A stretch of DNA of 63,998 nt, the filler included, from Ionaspis alba (lineage: Eukaryota): assembly GCA_964255285.1 (NCBI GenBank). It is 3 parts of 3 records of this genome, joined end to end, with 100 filler letters (N's around TTAATTAATTAA, not from the genome) between each part and the next. Parts side by side here need not be neighbours in the genome. Positions count along the whole stretch, not along the records: positions 46,837 to 63,998 come from CAXUUL010000327.1; 2 more parts are not named here. The stretch is one strand, 5' to 3'. The notes below the pieces were generated by a model, which saw only the letters and a list, made by a program, of their open reading frames with translations, did no database searches and was not told where the DNA came from. Shown here piece after piece: positions 50,938 through 61,919 of this stretch (the stretch's first letter is position 1; every line of letters begins with the position of its first letter). The translations under genes and the position numbers were made by a program.

Positions 50938-52508
50938 ATGTTCTTTACGAAACATATTTCCATTCTCGGTGCAATTGGCCTTGCCTCCTATGCGGATGCG
51001 CATGGTGTTGTGACTGGTATCAAAGCCGACGGGGTCTACTATCAAGGCTACCAACCGTTCTTCAAATATCAGAAGCCACCACCCGTTGTCGCGGGATGGT
51101 CCATCCCACAGGATGAGCAGACTGGCTTCGTTGCGCCGAGCGCCTTCAACAGTCCTGATATCATCTGCCACTTGGGAGCAAGCCCAGGTGGGACATACGC
51201 CAAAGTCCAGGCAGGCGGCTCCGTGGAGCTGCAATGGACTAAATGGCCCGAGAGTCATCATGGGCCGGTCATCGATTACCTCGCCAATTGCAATGGCGAA
51301 TGTACCACTGTCGACAAGACCACACTGAAGTTCAACAAACTTGACGGCGTCGGTCTCTTAGACGATACCACGTTTCCTGGTAAATGGGCGTCGGACAAGC
51401 TCATCGCAGCCAATAACAGCTGGACTTTGACCATACCCTCCACAATTGCCCCTGGCAACTACGTCCTACGTCATGAGATCATTGCCCTCCATTCGGCTGA
51501 GAATCTCGACGGTGCTCAGATGTATCCACAATGCGTCAACCTCAAGATCACTGGCTCTGGCACTGATAGCCTGTCCTCGGGTACTCTGGGTACTGCTCTG
51601 TANNNNNNNNNNNNNNNNNNNNNNNNNNNNNNNNNNNNNNNNNNNNNNNNNNNNNNNNNNNNNNNNNNNNNNNNNNNNNNNNNNNNNNNNNNNNNNNNNN
51701 NNTCACTGGCTCTGGCACTGATAGCCTGTCCTCGGGTACTCTGGGTACTGCTCTGTACACTGCTAAGGATTCTGGCATCTTGGTCAACATATACGCCGCT
51801 ATCAAGAATTATGTAGTCCCTGGCCCTCCTTTGATGGGGAGTGGCTCTACAGGCTCCGAGACCACCTCCTCTGGCTTATCGTCTTCCACCACTGGCGAGA
51901 GTTCTGCCTCGACTGCAATCAATCTGATATCTACGAGGGCTCCTGTCACCACCGCTGAAGCTCCAGGAAGCGCTATTACAGCCAGTACAACATCCTTTGA
52001 AGCGTTGGCCGTCGGTTCCGAGACTACCGTGACAGCCGAAGCAACCAATGGAGCGTCCTCTACAGCTGCACCTGCAGTCCCATCCACCTCCAGTCGTACT
52101 GGCTGTCCAGGGAAAACACCTACCCAAACTACACTTGAGACTCCTGCAGCGAAGCAAGTAACGACCTTTACAACGTCCACGCTGACATCATCAACTACGT
52201 CACCTCCTGCCACTGTCGAGGCAAGTCCAGCTGAATCTCCAAGACAACCACCAGTGGCAAGTGCCATTGCAAGCACCATTGTTACTGTTCCTTCGGCGGT
52301 CCTGACCTTGACTCCAACGTCTTTGTCGACAACGAGCGCTGGTGTCATTTCACCTGATGTGAACGAGCCGAAGACCTCCAGACCTCTTCCAGACGGCGCA
52401 ACTCTCGTGCAGGTTCTAGAGTGGCTCCAGCTTCTCCTATACCGCATGTTCCGCGCTGCAAGTGGCTCATCCAAGGCGATCAAGCATGCTCGCGACCTTC
52501 GCGCGTGA
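50938..52508 (+). CDS. AA9 lytic polysaccharide monooxygenase with Ser/Thr-rich C-terminal extension (interrupted by an assembly gap)
   Basis: Signal peptide ending ...ASYADA followed by His1 (HGVV); [34 protein letters not shown] and [10 protein letters not shown]; continues after the gap as [13 protein letters not shown]...YVVPGP; ends KHARDLRA. Confidence 0.93.
51603..51702. other. Scaffold gap (100 N) flanked by an exact 55-nt overlap
   Basis: 51548-51602 is identical to 51703-51757. Confidence 0.95.
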
Positions 52509-53108
52509 CCATGTTCACTATTGAAGAATGTGTGATACGTTGTATGACGTGTTCGTCGGAAATCGAGGCAAACGAACTCTTAGGGAGGATGGATCTGACA
52601 GACATTCATTTCTTTCTTGTAACAATACTCGACCTTCATGTACTATATAGCCAATCAGATCCTGTCCCAAGCAGTACTTCAGATCTTATTCCTCATCAAT
52701 TGCATGACGCGAGCCATCGTTGTGTCGAAGCAATTTCGGAATATACACGCCGAACGAAGCAATTCCATCCCGTAGGAACGTCCCCGCCCGGCAATTGGCC
52801 CAAGCTCCATCTTCAACCAGAGTCCGTCCCGCCCTACCCCCTCAAACGAGACCCACACCTAGAACATCCACAAAAAGCACCGATAGCATGCGGCAGCTCT
52901 GGGGTAATAGATATTTAATGGAGATAGCGGGCCTTGGCTGGTGCGACGCGATCTCCCTGCTGCTTCTCGAACAAGCTCTCTGCCTTCGCTTTCTTGCTAA
53001 TTGTCATTCTGCTTGGACCCATGAAATATCTTTGCGCATACTTGCACGACATGCTATAGTGGTAGCAGATTAGCGAAGTACAAGGTATCGCTGTAGCCCC
53101 CACTCGAC

Positions 53109-55132
53109 ATGCGGGATGCGCACGCCGATACCAGCGCCGACGCGGCGCTGGCAAAAATGGGGTACAAGCATGAGTTGCCGAGGAATTTGAGCATGTTGAG
53201 TATACTGGGATTGTATGTTGTGCGTCTGTTTCATTCAGCAATTGACTTCTGTTGCGGCTTGCTCGCCGGAGAAGCAATTATGAAGAGTTGCTGTTGAAGT
53301 TGGAAGAGAGCTCTGCACTATCAAGTGACTGAGTGATCAAGTATAGCTGTTATCGACGTGACTTTTGCCATTGGTTTGAACAAATGAGGCTCAGCTAATA
53401 TGCCGCCTCTAAAAGATCCTTTGCCATCATCGCCGCTCCTTACGGTCTCAGTACCACATTCTACATATCCCTCACAGACGGCCAATCCGTGACCGTCATC
53501 TGGGGCTGGGTGCTCGTCTCCCTGATCTCCCTCTGCATCGCTGCTTCTCTCGCCGAGATATGTGCCGTTTACCCAACCGCCGGAGGCGTGTATTACTGGA
53601 GTGCCATGCTCTCGACGAAGAAGTACGCACCTATAACCAGCTGGGTCACGGGATGGTTGACTCTTGTGGGTAATTGGACTGTGACGACGAGTATTAATTT
53701 CGGAGGAGCGCAATTGATTTTGTGTCAGTAATCTCTATCTGTCGCTATGAGACTGAAGCTGATAGTCGGAAGCTGCCATTACGTTGTGGCAAGAAGATTT
53801 CGTCCCCAATGCTTATCAGACCGTTTTGATGTACTGGGCAGTATGTGTCCCATCACCCTCATGTTGACCTTGCGATATTAATCTCATATCATCAGGTCAT
53901 GCTCATCTGCATGCTGGTCAACATCTTCGGCTCCCGACACCTCGACCTGATCAACAAAGTCTGCATCTACTGGACCTCGGCCAGCGTCCTCATCATCCTA
54001 ATCACGGTTCTTGCAATGGCCCCCGAGAAACGCAGTGGCCAATTTGTCTTCGCGAACTATGACGCCTCAGCGAGTGGATGGTAAATTTCCCCACTCCTTC
54101 ACAACCCGCTCTCTGACTTCTACTAGGCCGTCCGGCTGGGCCTTCTTCGTGGGTCTCCTCCAAGCCGCCTACACCCTCACCGGCTACGGCATGGTCGCCG
54201 CCATGTGCGAAGAAGTGCAGCACCCAGAGCGCGAAGTCCCCAAAGCAATGGTGCTCTCCGTCGCCGCAGCCTCCGCCACCGGTCTTATTTATCTAATCCC
54301 TATCCTCTTTGTATTACCGGACATACCCACTCTCCTAGGCGTTGCCAACGGTCAGCCAATCGGTCTGCTCTTTAAGACTGTAACCGGTAGCGCCGGTGGA
54401 GGCTTTGGTCTGCTGTTCTTGATACTCGGGATTATGTTTTTTGCTGGTATTGGTGCGTTGACCGCTGCTAGTCGATGCACGTATGCTTTTGCAAGGGATG
54501 GAGCTATTCCGGGAAGTCGGATTTGGAAGAAGGTACATCCGAAATTGGACGTCCCGCTCGGAGGCATTTTGCTGTCGACGGCAGTCGATTGTTTGCTCGG
54601 GCTCATCTATTTCGGGTCGACGGCTGCGTTCAACTCGTTCACAGGTGTGGCTACGATTTGCCTGTCGACTTCTTACGGGATTCCGATTTTGGTTTCCTTG
54701 GTCAGGGGCAGGAAGTTGGTGAGGCACAGCTCATACTCGCTCGGCAAGTTCGGCTTCGCGATTAATGTTTTGACGCTGTGTTGGATCGTGCTAGGTAAGT
54801 TGCTTGTAGGACTATTCACTCTGTTTGAAAAGGAAGATTGACAACTTACAGCCATCATCCTCTTCTGTATGCCAGTCGCTCTGCCCGTCACACCTCAGAG
54901 CATGAATTATGCATCCGTTGTCTTCGCTGGTTTCGCTTCCATCTCTGTTCTGTGGTATTTCGTCCGTGGACGGAAATCGTTCACTGGGCCACCGGTCGGT
55001 GTAGATGTCTCACCCGACGATGTCGGAGTTATTGCGGGTACCACGTTGGAAGGAGCCGATATGGTGAAGACAAGATCAGGAGAAGGTGGTGAGAAAGTTG
55101 CTGCGAGCGAGGAAGGAAAGGAGGTGCTCTAA
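53109..55132 (+). CDS. APC-family amino acid permease (GABA/choline/polyamine, Uga4/Hnm1-like)
   Basis: LAKMGYKHELPRNLSMLSILGL|SFAI, SLAEICAVYPTAGGVYYW, LTGYGMVAAMCEEV, AASRCTYAFARDGAIP and MPVALPVTPQSMNYASVV; five introns. Confidence 0.93.
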
Positions 55133-55612
55133 GGCAAATTCGAGTACTTGGCAGATGTTGTATATGATCAGAGGACAAGGGAAGACAATGATCTTAGACA
55201 GTCTCTGTATGCAACTACATACAGAACCAAAAAACTTACCCACCCACCTTTGTGCTTAGTGCTCATCGTCCCTGGGAGCAATTCGAAGTTGAGATAAGCA
55301 CTACCTCCCTTAGCCTTCCTTCACGCTGGGTGCCTACCTCTCTCAATCGTGATCGTCCCGTGCAACAAGATCGATCTTTGCCCTGGATTGAGCTTTGGCC
55401 TTTCCGCCCCTTAGCTTCATGGTCATGTCGAGCAGATTTTGAGATACGTAAAAGACCGAGTATGATATACTATTGGCGCAACTGCCTTCGAATCTCATAT
55501 ATAGTTCCTTAGAATAATTCCTGGGTATCATCATTGTCTGGGACAGGGATCACTAACGCATCTCAGCCGCCTTGATCATCTACCAAACCCAAGATCACAT
55601 TGCAAGCGAATA

Positions 55613-57309
55613 CTAACCATCCGACGTTGACCTTGGATCGTTAAGCTGGATTCTCTTAGTTTCAGAAGGTCCTGCTTCAGTGGCCTCCTTCTCATCCTCC
55701 CTATCTTCTTTCCTCTCCTCCACTATTGAATTCCAGCATTCATGCTCAAGAGCCTGAGCGGCAGACCAACGTCGTGCAGGGTCCCATACTAGTAATTTCT
55801 CGGCTAGGTCAACCAGAGCTCTATCCTCTGTAACACTCGCGCAATGAGTACCGAGCATCCTATGAATCGCCGCCAATCGACCAACTGTTATCTCAGGATC
55901 ACTTGAACGAGGGTGGTCCCCTCCGGGATATTTCCAGGCCGAATAGCCAAAGATTTCGGCGATGGCATAACCATAAGCCCACATATCGATCTTTGCGGTG
56001 TAAGGACCAGTCCTGGGAATAGTCCATACTTCAGGCGCCAGAGTACTTATGGGGCCAATCCTTGTGGTGGAATCCTTTTCTGCCTCAATAGCTTTGCCAT
56101 AGTCACAGAGAGCAGCTCGAGGCGGTTCGATGGACACAATCAGCATATTCTTTGGTCTGATGTCACGGTGCATAATTCCCATGTCATGCAATGTTCTAAT
56201 GCCTTCAAGCGGCTCTCTCAACCAGTGCAACTTAGTCTTTCGAGGGATATTTGGATTTGTCCAGAAATTGACTGTAAGATCAGACTGTGCGAGAGGCATG
56301 AATATATAGAATTTCTCCATGTAGCAGCAACCATGGACATGGCCATGCTCACATGACGAGTTCAGAACAGGAAGCAGACCCCTTTTATCCTGTTGACGGT
56401 CAGGTGTCTGTGGGAACATTGTAAGATCTGACCTACAAGAAATCGATGTCCCAACTTTACTTCTTCCGTGGCCTCCCGCTGAGTTCCTCGGCTAGTGATC
56501 CGAAGTTCCTTGATAGCTACTGGATCCCCTGTTTTGGTGTCGACCGCTTGATTTATCCATCCAAAAGCTCCAGATCCCTGCGTTTGGAATTCAAGGTACC
56601 TGCCTCTCAAGATGCAGCTGTCCCCAGGCAATTTTTCAAAAGCACGTTCTTGACTTGGTGCCACAGTCTCGAGAAAAGCATTCCTTTGCTTGAAATAGGC
56701 TCCCCTATGCTTCTCCTTAATAGTATATTCCAGCTCATACTCACACGCCCCAGCTCGGATGGTTGTAGAGCATTGATATATCAGATGTTCCTCCTCGTGT
56801 TCGAGTTTACCCCAAACACCGTTGATGTTGTATTCCACGGGCACTTTCTCACTTCCTCCCTTAAGCATTAGAAAGCCTGACATTCTATTGAATCGAAACA
56901 CCATATGGATATTAGCTAAGGATTTACCCCTGTTGTCGCCCGGTTTGGCCAACAAGAAGTCCACATTGCGGTTTGGCGGTAACTTGCTGGTTCCCCGCCC
57001 CACTCTCCATCCCAGGTGAGGTAACTCGGGTGACCGTTCTCCATTGAACGAGAGGACAAAATGGCCGGTGTGCTGAATACCCTTGTCTATTGATTCTTCG
57101 GTATCAGTGTCAACATGCGTATCATAGTCTGTGGAGCTTTCCACGGGCTCATCTGACACTGGTCGCCATCCACTGCCTGTTCTTTTCATGAACCGGAAGT
57201 GGAAAGTGTCGTTCTTTTCGATAGACACATATGTTTCGGAGAACAGCAGCTGTGCTAAATGGTTCCGTGGTGTAAGGATAGCAAAATCGCCGTTGAAAGC
57301 ACCTGCCAT
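55613..57309 (-). CDS. Divergent Ser/Thr protein kinase with FHA-like N-terminal region
   Basis: GWRVGRG (FHA-like), GSGAFG, VAIK, intron 56390-56436, HRDIRPKN, CDYG, TLAPE, DMWAYG and DPARR. The start could instead be near 57336. Confidence 0.85.
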
Positions 57310-58114
57310 ACTTCTCCGAGCTTGATTGATTGACACACAATTCCCTTCCAGTGAGCAACAGTCTGCAATATCTTGATAGTGTTGTTAGCGTTGTTGATCG
57401 CGATTGGGGGCGGGCGTTGTTGCCTGATTACCCCCACTTTATTCGTGAATAAGGCAACATAAAAACTTGTGTGAATAATATCTACACATTTACTGTTTAC
57501 CGTCCTCCATTAATATATGTTCTCTAACTTTTATGAAACCATAGCATAATATCTCCTAGAGCACAGGACAGCTTTCGTGTATCGAAATATTAATTACGTT
57601 CCCAGGGCTTGATTGAGTTCACTACATAGGTTAAGACCTGATTCATCGCCTTTACCCTAGGTGACTGATGTGGCCTATGTAGTTTGGTTCCCAGGATCTA
57701 AATGCTACGACATACACGGGTCATAGCATAAAGACCCCTTCAACATCTGTAAGAAAAGCCGTAAAGCAGATGCCCCCAAATAAACAGATTCGCCCGCTTC
57801 CTTGACATGCCGCTTGCATTCAATAGTACCGCATTAGAAGTTGCGCAATTACAAGTGTAGAGACCACATTCATGCTGTTATTATCGTTTCCGTCGTTTAT
57901 GACTGGGTGCTCGCTTGCGACCTTGCGAAGATCTCGATGAGCCATGTGAGGGACGTGGGCTTAGAAGATTGGTTGATCGAGTGGTAGGCAGAGGCTGTCG
58001 AGGTTTACCGTTGTGGTCGAGTTCATGGAAGAGAGATACCGAGGAAGCTTTGGATCGAGTGAGCCTATTGGAGTGCGATTAGTGAAAAGCAAGGGTGCAC
58101 AGGTGTCCAGATTC

Positions 58115-58549
58115 TTACCTCTCCGAATTTGTAATATCAGTTCGCCGACGTTTCTTACATACGCCTGTTTTGTGTATCGAAGTTGGAATGGGTAAGGCTT
58201 TTGCATGGTATTCGGAAATCACATGGGCACGCCAAGTTTCGAAATCGTCAAAGCCGCTGTCCCTGGTTTCGATGCCAATCGAAAGATCGGACCATTTACG
58301 GCGATTCCATGCTTTGATAGAGAGATCAGGACCATTACTGAAGTGATCCTCACGTTTCGGTGATTCGGGTGGAGTTAAAGGGACATGGTCGGTATCTAGA
58401 TCAGAGTCCGATGAACCTGGTTCCCACCGTACAGGTGGTCCTATCCGTGCCCGATACTCATCTGCAAGTTTGTGAATCTCATCGAGCCTTTCCTGAGATT
58501 CTCCCAGCAGTACTCGGAAAGCATCGTATTCCTCTCGCTTTGTCGGCAT
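58115..58549 (-). CDS. Small hypothetical protein
   Basis: ORF MPTKREEYDAFRVLL...VPLTPPESP...KKRRR with protein-like composition; no domain recognised. Confidence 0.35.
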   Translation of the reverse strand: MPTKREEYDAFRVLLGESQERLDEIHKLADEYRARIGPPVRWEPGSSDSDLDTDHVPLTPPESPKREDHFSNGPDLSIKAWNRRKWSDLSIGIETRDSGFDDFETWRAHVISEYHAKALPIPTSIHKTGVCKKRRRTDITNSER

Positions 58550-58941
58550 AGTTGTGATATCTCGTTGTGTTGGCCTTGAAGGTGGACAGCAACAGGTCAT
58601 ATTAGCGCTAGAGTAGTCTAGTCGTGCCAAGACAGATGACAAAGAACACCAGATCCTAGCGGGATCGACTCCCCTAGAATCTCAACGAGGGCTCGTTCAC
58701 TTCTCGACTGCGTGTTAAAAGGACAGCTACAACGGCGACAGCAAATATAATTCTAAGCTTTGACTTCTCGACGTCGGCTACCATCGAGTCTATATCTACA
58801 AGTCTAAACTACTTCTTGTCTAACGCCCAAAACAACGGCATTCCTAAATAATTTCGCACCCTGAGGCACTCCAATATATGCTCATCATGTCAATACATGC
58901 CCTGTAGTTGAATCAGGTTTGCATATAGTCCGAGACACCAC

Positions 58942-60108
58942 TTATTGCACTGTTTGTGAGCAGCTGACGGTCTGATAGATCAATCTCGAGAAAGCCCAGA
59001 CATTGAAGAAGGCCACCCACGAGTAGCCCACAAGATGCCAAAGCAGCTGACTTGATGACCGTGACTGGTCACTAGGAGTAGATGTCTTTGACTTGGTCAT
59101 CCATAACAGTGCGTCCTCCAGGACGATTGCGCCGGCCACAGTGAAATGATATTGCAACTGTGGAGCAATTGAGCACCTGAGAGGCGTCGAGGTTGTGGCC
59201 ATGTGGAAGAACGCCGATATGGCAAAGGTGAAGATCGTGACAAGATATCTCGAGTGGGGAGAATTTCGGGGTATTCGGAGGATGCTATTGACTAGGAACA
59301 TGGCATGCGAGGTGAAACCCCTACGCATGAGATGGTGCCAGAATAGTCTGGAACAAGTCAGACTCTGACAACCACTGAGTGTTTGATAATGTTGCTCGAT
59401 GAAGAAAAAAACTCACGCATAGTATCGCCGTACTGTGTAAGCATCTTTGAGATTTCCGAATAGCGGAGGCCATTTACTGGGGTTGTCCCCGCATGCGACA
59501 GCCAAACAGGAAGAGAAGCTGTGTATGGCACGGAGTGCACAGTAGGGAACTAAGAAGCCGGCAGTCGTCATGTAGACTCGAATGATCATCTCCCTTGCCG
59601 TCACCGAGGACATTCGGGAGAGAAAGCCGCTTGGAATGGTCGTGAAGTCTTCGATACCGACATTGAGGGTGTAAGTCTCAAGGACGTACATCGTGGCTAT
59701 TGTCCAGAATAGATCCCACGCTCTTTGCACCAGGAACAGTCCTCTCGAAGGAACACCATCCTTGTTCTTACCGAAAGATGGGAGAATTTTAGCCGAGACA
59801 CCCCATCGGCAGTCAAAGATTTGATTTATGGCCCATTGGATGCCTGACACAGATCTGGGTCCTGGAGGTGGAGATAGCTTTGCTAGGCAAAGAAAATGGC
59901 TTGAGTGCAGGACGTAGCCCAAGATATATTCGCGCCCAACGTTCCCCGGTATGCTTTGTGCCAGAGTGCTGCGAACAGCTAACAGGCAACATAGAAGGAT
60001 GAGGACGACAGCAACAGGTCTTTCGATTGAAGACGGCTGGGTTCGGAGTAGGGCGATTGCTAGGAGAATGTGGGCAAAGAGGAGAGGGATGATAGAGTCT
60101 ACCATCAT
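58942..60108 (-). CDS. Membrane-bound O-acyltransferase (MBOAT_2 / wax-synthase-like, Tri7-type)
   Basis: Hydrophobic multi-TM ORF, WPPLFGNLKDAYTVRRYYA, intron 59348-59416, LFWHHLMRR...FAISAFFH (putative catalytic His)...AIVLED...VGYSWV. Confidence 0.88.
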
Positions 60109-61919
60109 ATCTTGAAACCACTCAATTGGAGGAAATATAGAGATAGAACGAAAAGATGTCCCCGAAGTCAGTAAGATGTGTGCATACCTAAACAAGAAGT
60201 GGAAGGGAACAGGAAAGGCAAACATGTAGAGAGCAGACTGGAGCGCATTGGGCGTTGGCGGGCATTGGAGAATGTTTGCGAGAAGCGTGTCAACAAGTAA
60301 GCAGAATCCCACCATGACTGAATGCAATATGCTGTGTAGTCGCAGGATGCGTGAGAAGTATCATGGGATTTGTTGGGGTGCCATAACCAACTGCAACCGA
60401 AGCAGAGCTGTAGACATTTTGAGACAAGCCATGGGATGTCTGTAGATGAAGGTGGCGTTAGCCCGGCTGAATTATGTTACTTTTTTTTATACGCCATTAC
60501 AGGTGAGCAATAACGGTCTAGTCCGAGACGAGTGCTTTCGAAGGAGTGGAATCGAATAGGAGTCCGTAAGTTTTGGCAACGACTTAAGATGATGACTGGT
60601 AAAGCACGTTTCAGGGTGAGTCGAACAGTTATTTTACGGTCTCGTATCGTGCTCTTTGGCGATGGCGTGAAACTGAGCAGAATAAGCGTCTGTGTGAGAT
60701 GTCACGACCGCGCCTTGATGGTGTGTGGGTGCGGCGAGTCGTCATTGGTAGCGGAAGAATTGCCAAGGTTCTGCCGCGTTTAAGGTAGGGTAAACGCCCC
60801 CACATCCCCTACTCAAACGTGGCGGAGCCGACGACGCGGGAAGATCCTCGACGATATCTTTGCTTACCGTCGCAACCATCTCATCTCTTCTACCTTATTG
60901 TCTCAAGCTCAGCCTGATCTTCGTCTGCAACGATTTACCGCATCCAGACAATAGCACTGCGGCAAAGCAGTCTACAACGACCTCATTTGTAACGAAGCTA
61001 GCATTGCAGCCCTAATCAACAACGAGAATTAGAACGTTCTTGAAATATCCTCGGGGCATCTGGCACGAATGGGACGAGCCGTCAGAACCCACCATCTTGA
61101 AAGACCCCCACAAGGTCTGCACATCGTGGTGTTCTGAGTTAGTTTACGAACCGAGCCTCGTCGAATAAGCTCAGCACCCGCCATGAGACTCATTGAGACC
61201 GCTCCAACCCGTCCTGTTGGATTATCGTTCGAAATGGACGACTTCGTTGGTGCTTAATGTCAATGATGAAGCCAAAGATAGCATCGAGAAGCCACTATCA
61301 ACGTGTCTCGTGACCTTGACCATCACTTGCTGGCATATTCGAGTCCCATACCCGCCGCATCGGACCAGCTATACCGCTCCAGTACTGAGTTCTTGCCTCC
61401 TGTGCAGTTTCACTTACGCTGTTGCTCACCTCCTCCCTCGGTTGCTGATAGAGCCTTGCCTGTGGTCCACTGTTTTCCTCCGAACAGGCCAATCCGCTTA
61501 GTATGGCAGAGTGATACAGAATCCATTACCCCTTGCCACCAACTGTTCATGTCCGTAGTGGCACAACCATCATCTTGGTTGCTCTGCCTCCTGTTGCTCT
61601 GGACGATGTTGCCTCCACTTGTGATGTGTTGGAGTCTAGCACAGATTCAGCTTCTGAGTCCTTCGAGTCTCGGATATATAATGGCTCTTCCACCTGTGGT
61701 AGTATCTCCTCAGATCATTTACACATCATCATATGCTTCCAAAAGCCTCCATTGCTCCAATCAGTATCTTCTCCATCTTCACACGATTCGCAGGTCGGAA
61801 AGTTCTCTCTCAAATCATCCAATTCTTCATCAACAAAGTCCTCACCCGCACTACAGCCGGTCTCATCCTCATTCGAGCCTTTCAATCTCTCATCCAGAAA
61901 GCTTTAGCACAAACTCGCC

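Noticed and set aside
53213..53415. Unusually long first intron of the permease, with ATGAAGA...CTGA resembling a C/D snoRNA
   Set aside because: The C box is imperfect, and no terminal stem or recognisable rRNA guide was seen.
61193..61919. Overlapping Ser-rich ORFs upstream of the peptide precursor
   Set aside because: They have non-ATG starts, lie in CT-rich promoter/5' UTR-like sequence and show no domain signal.
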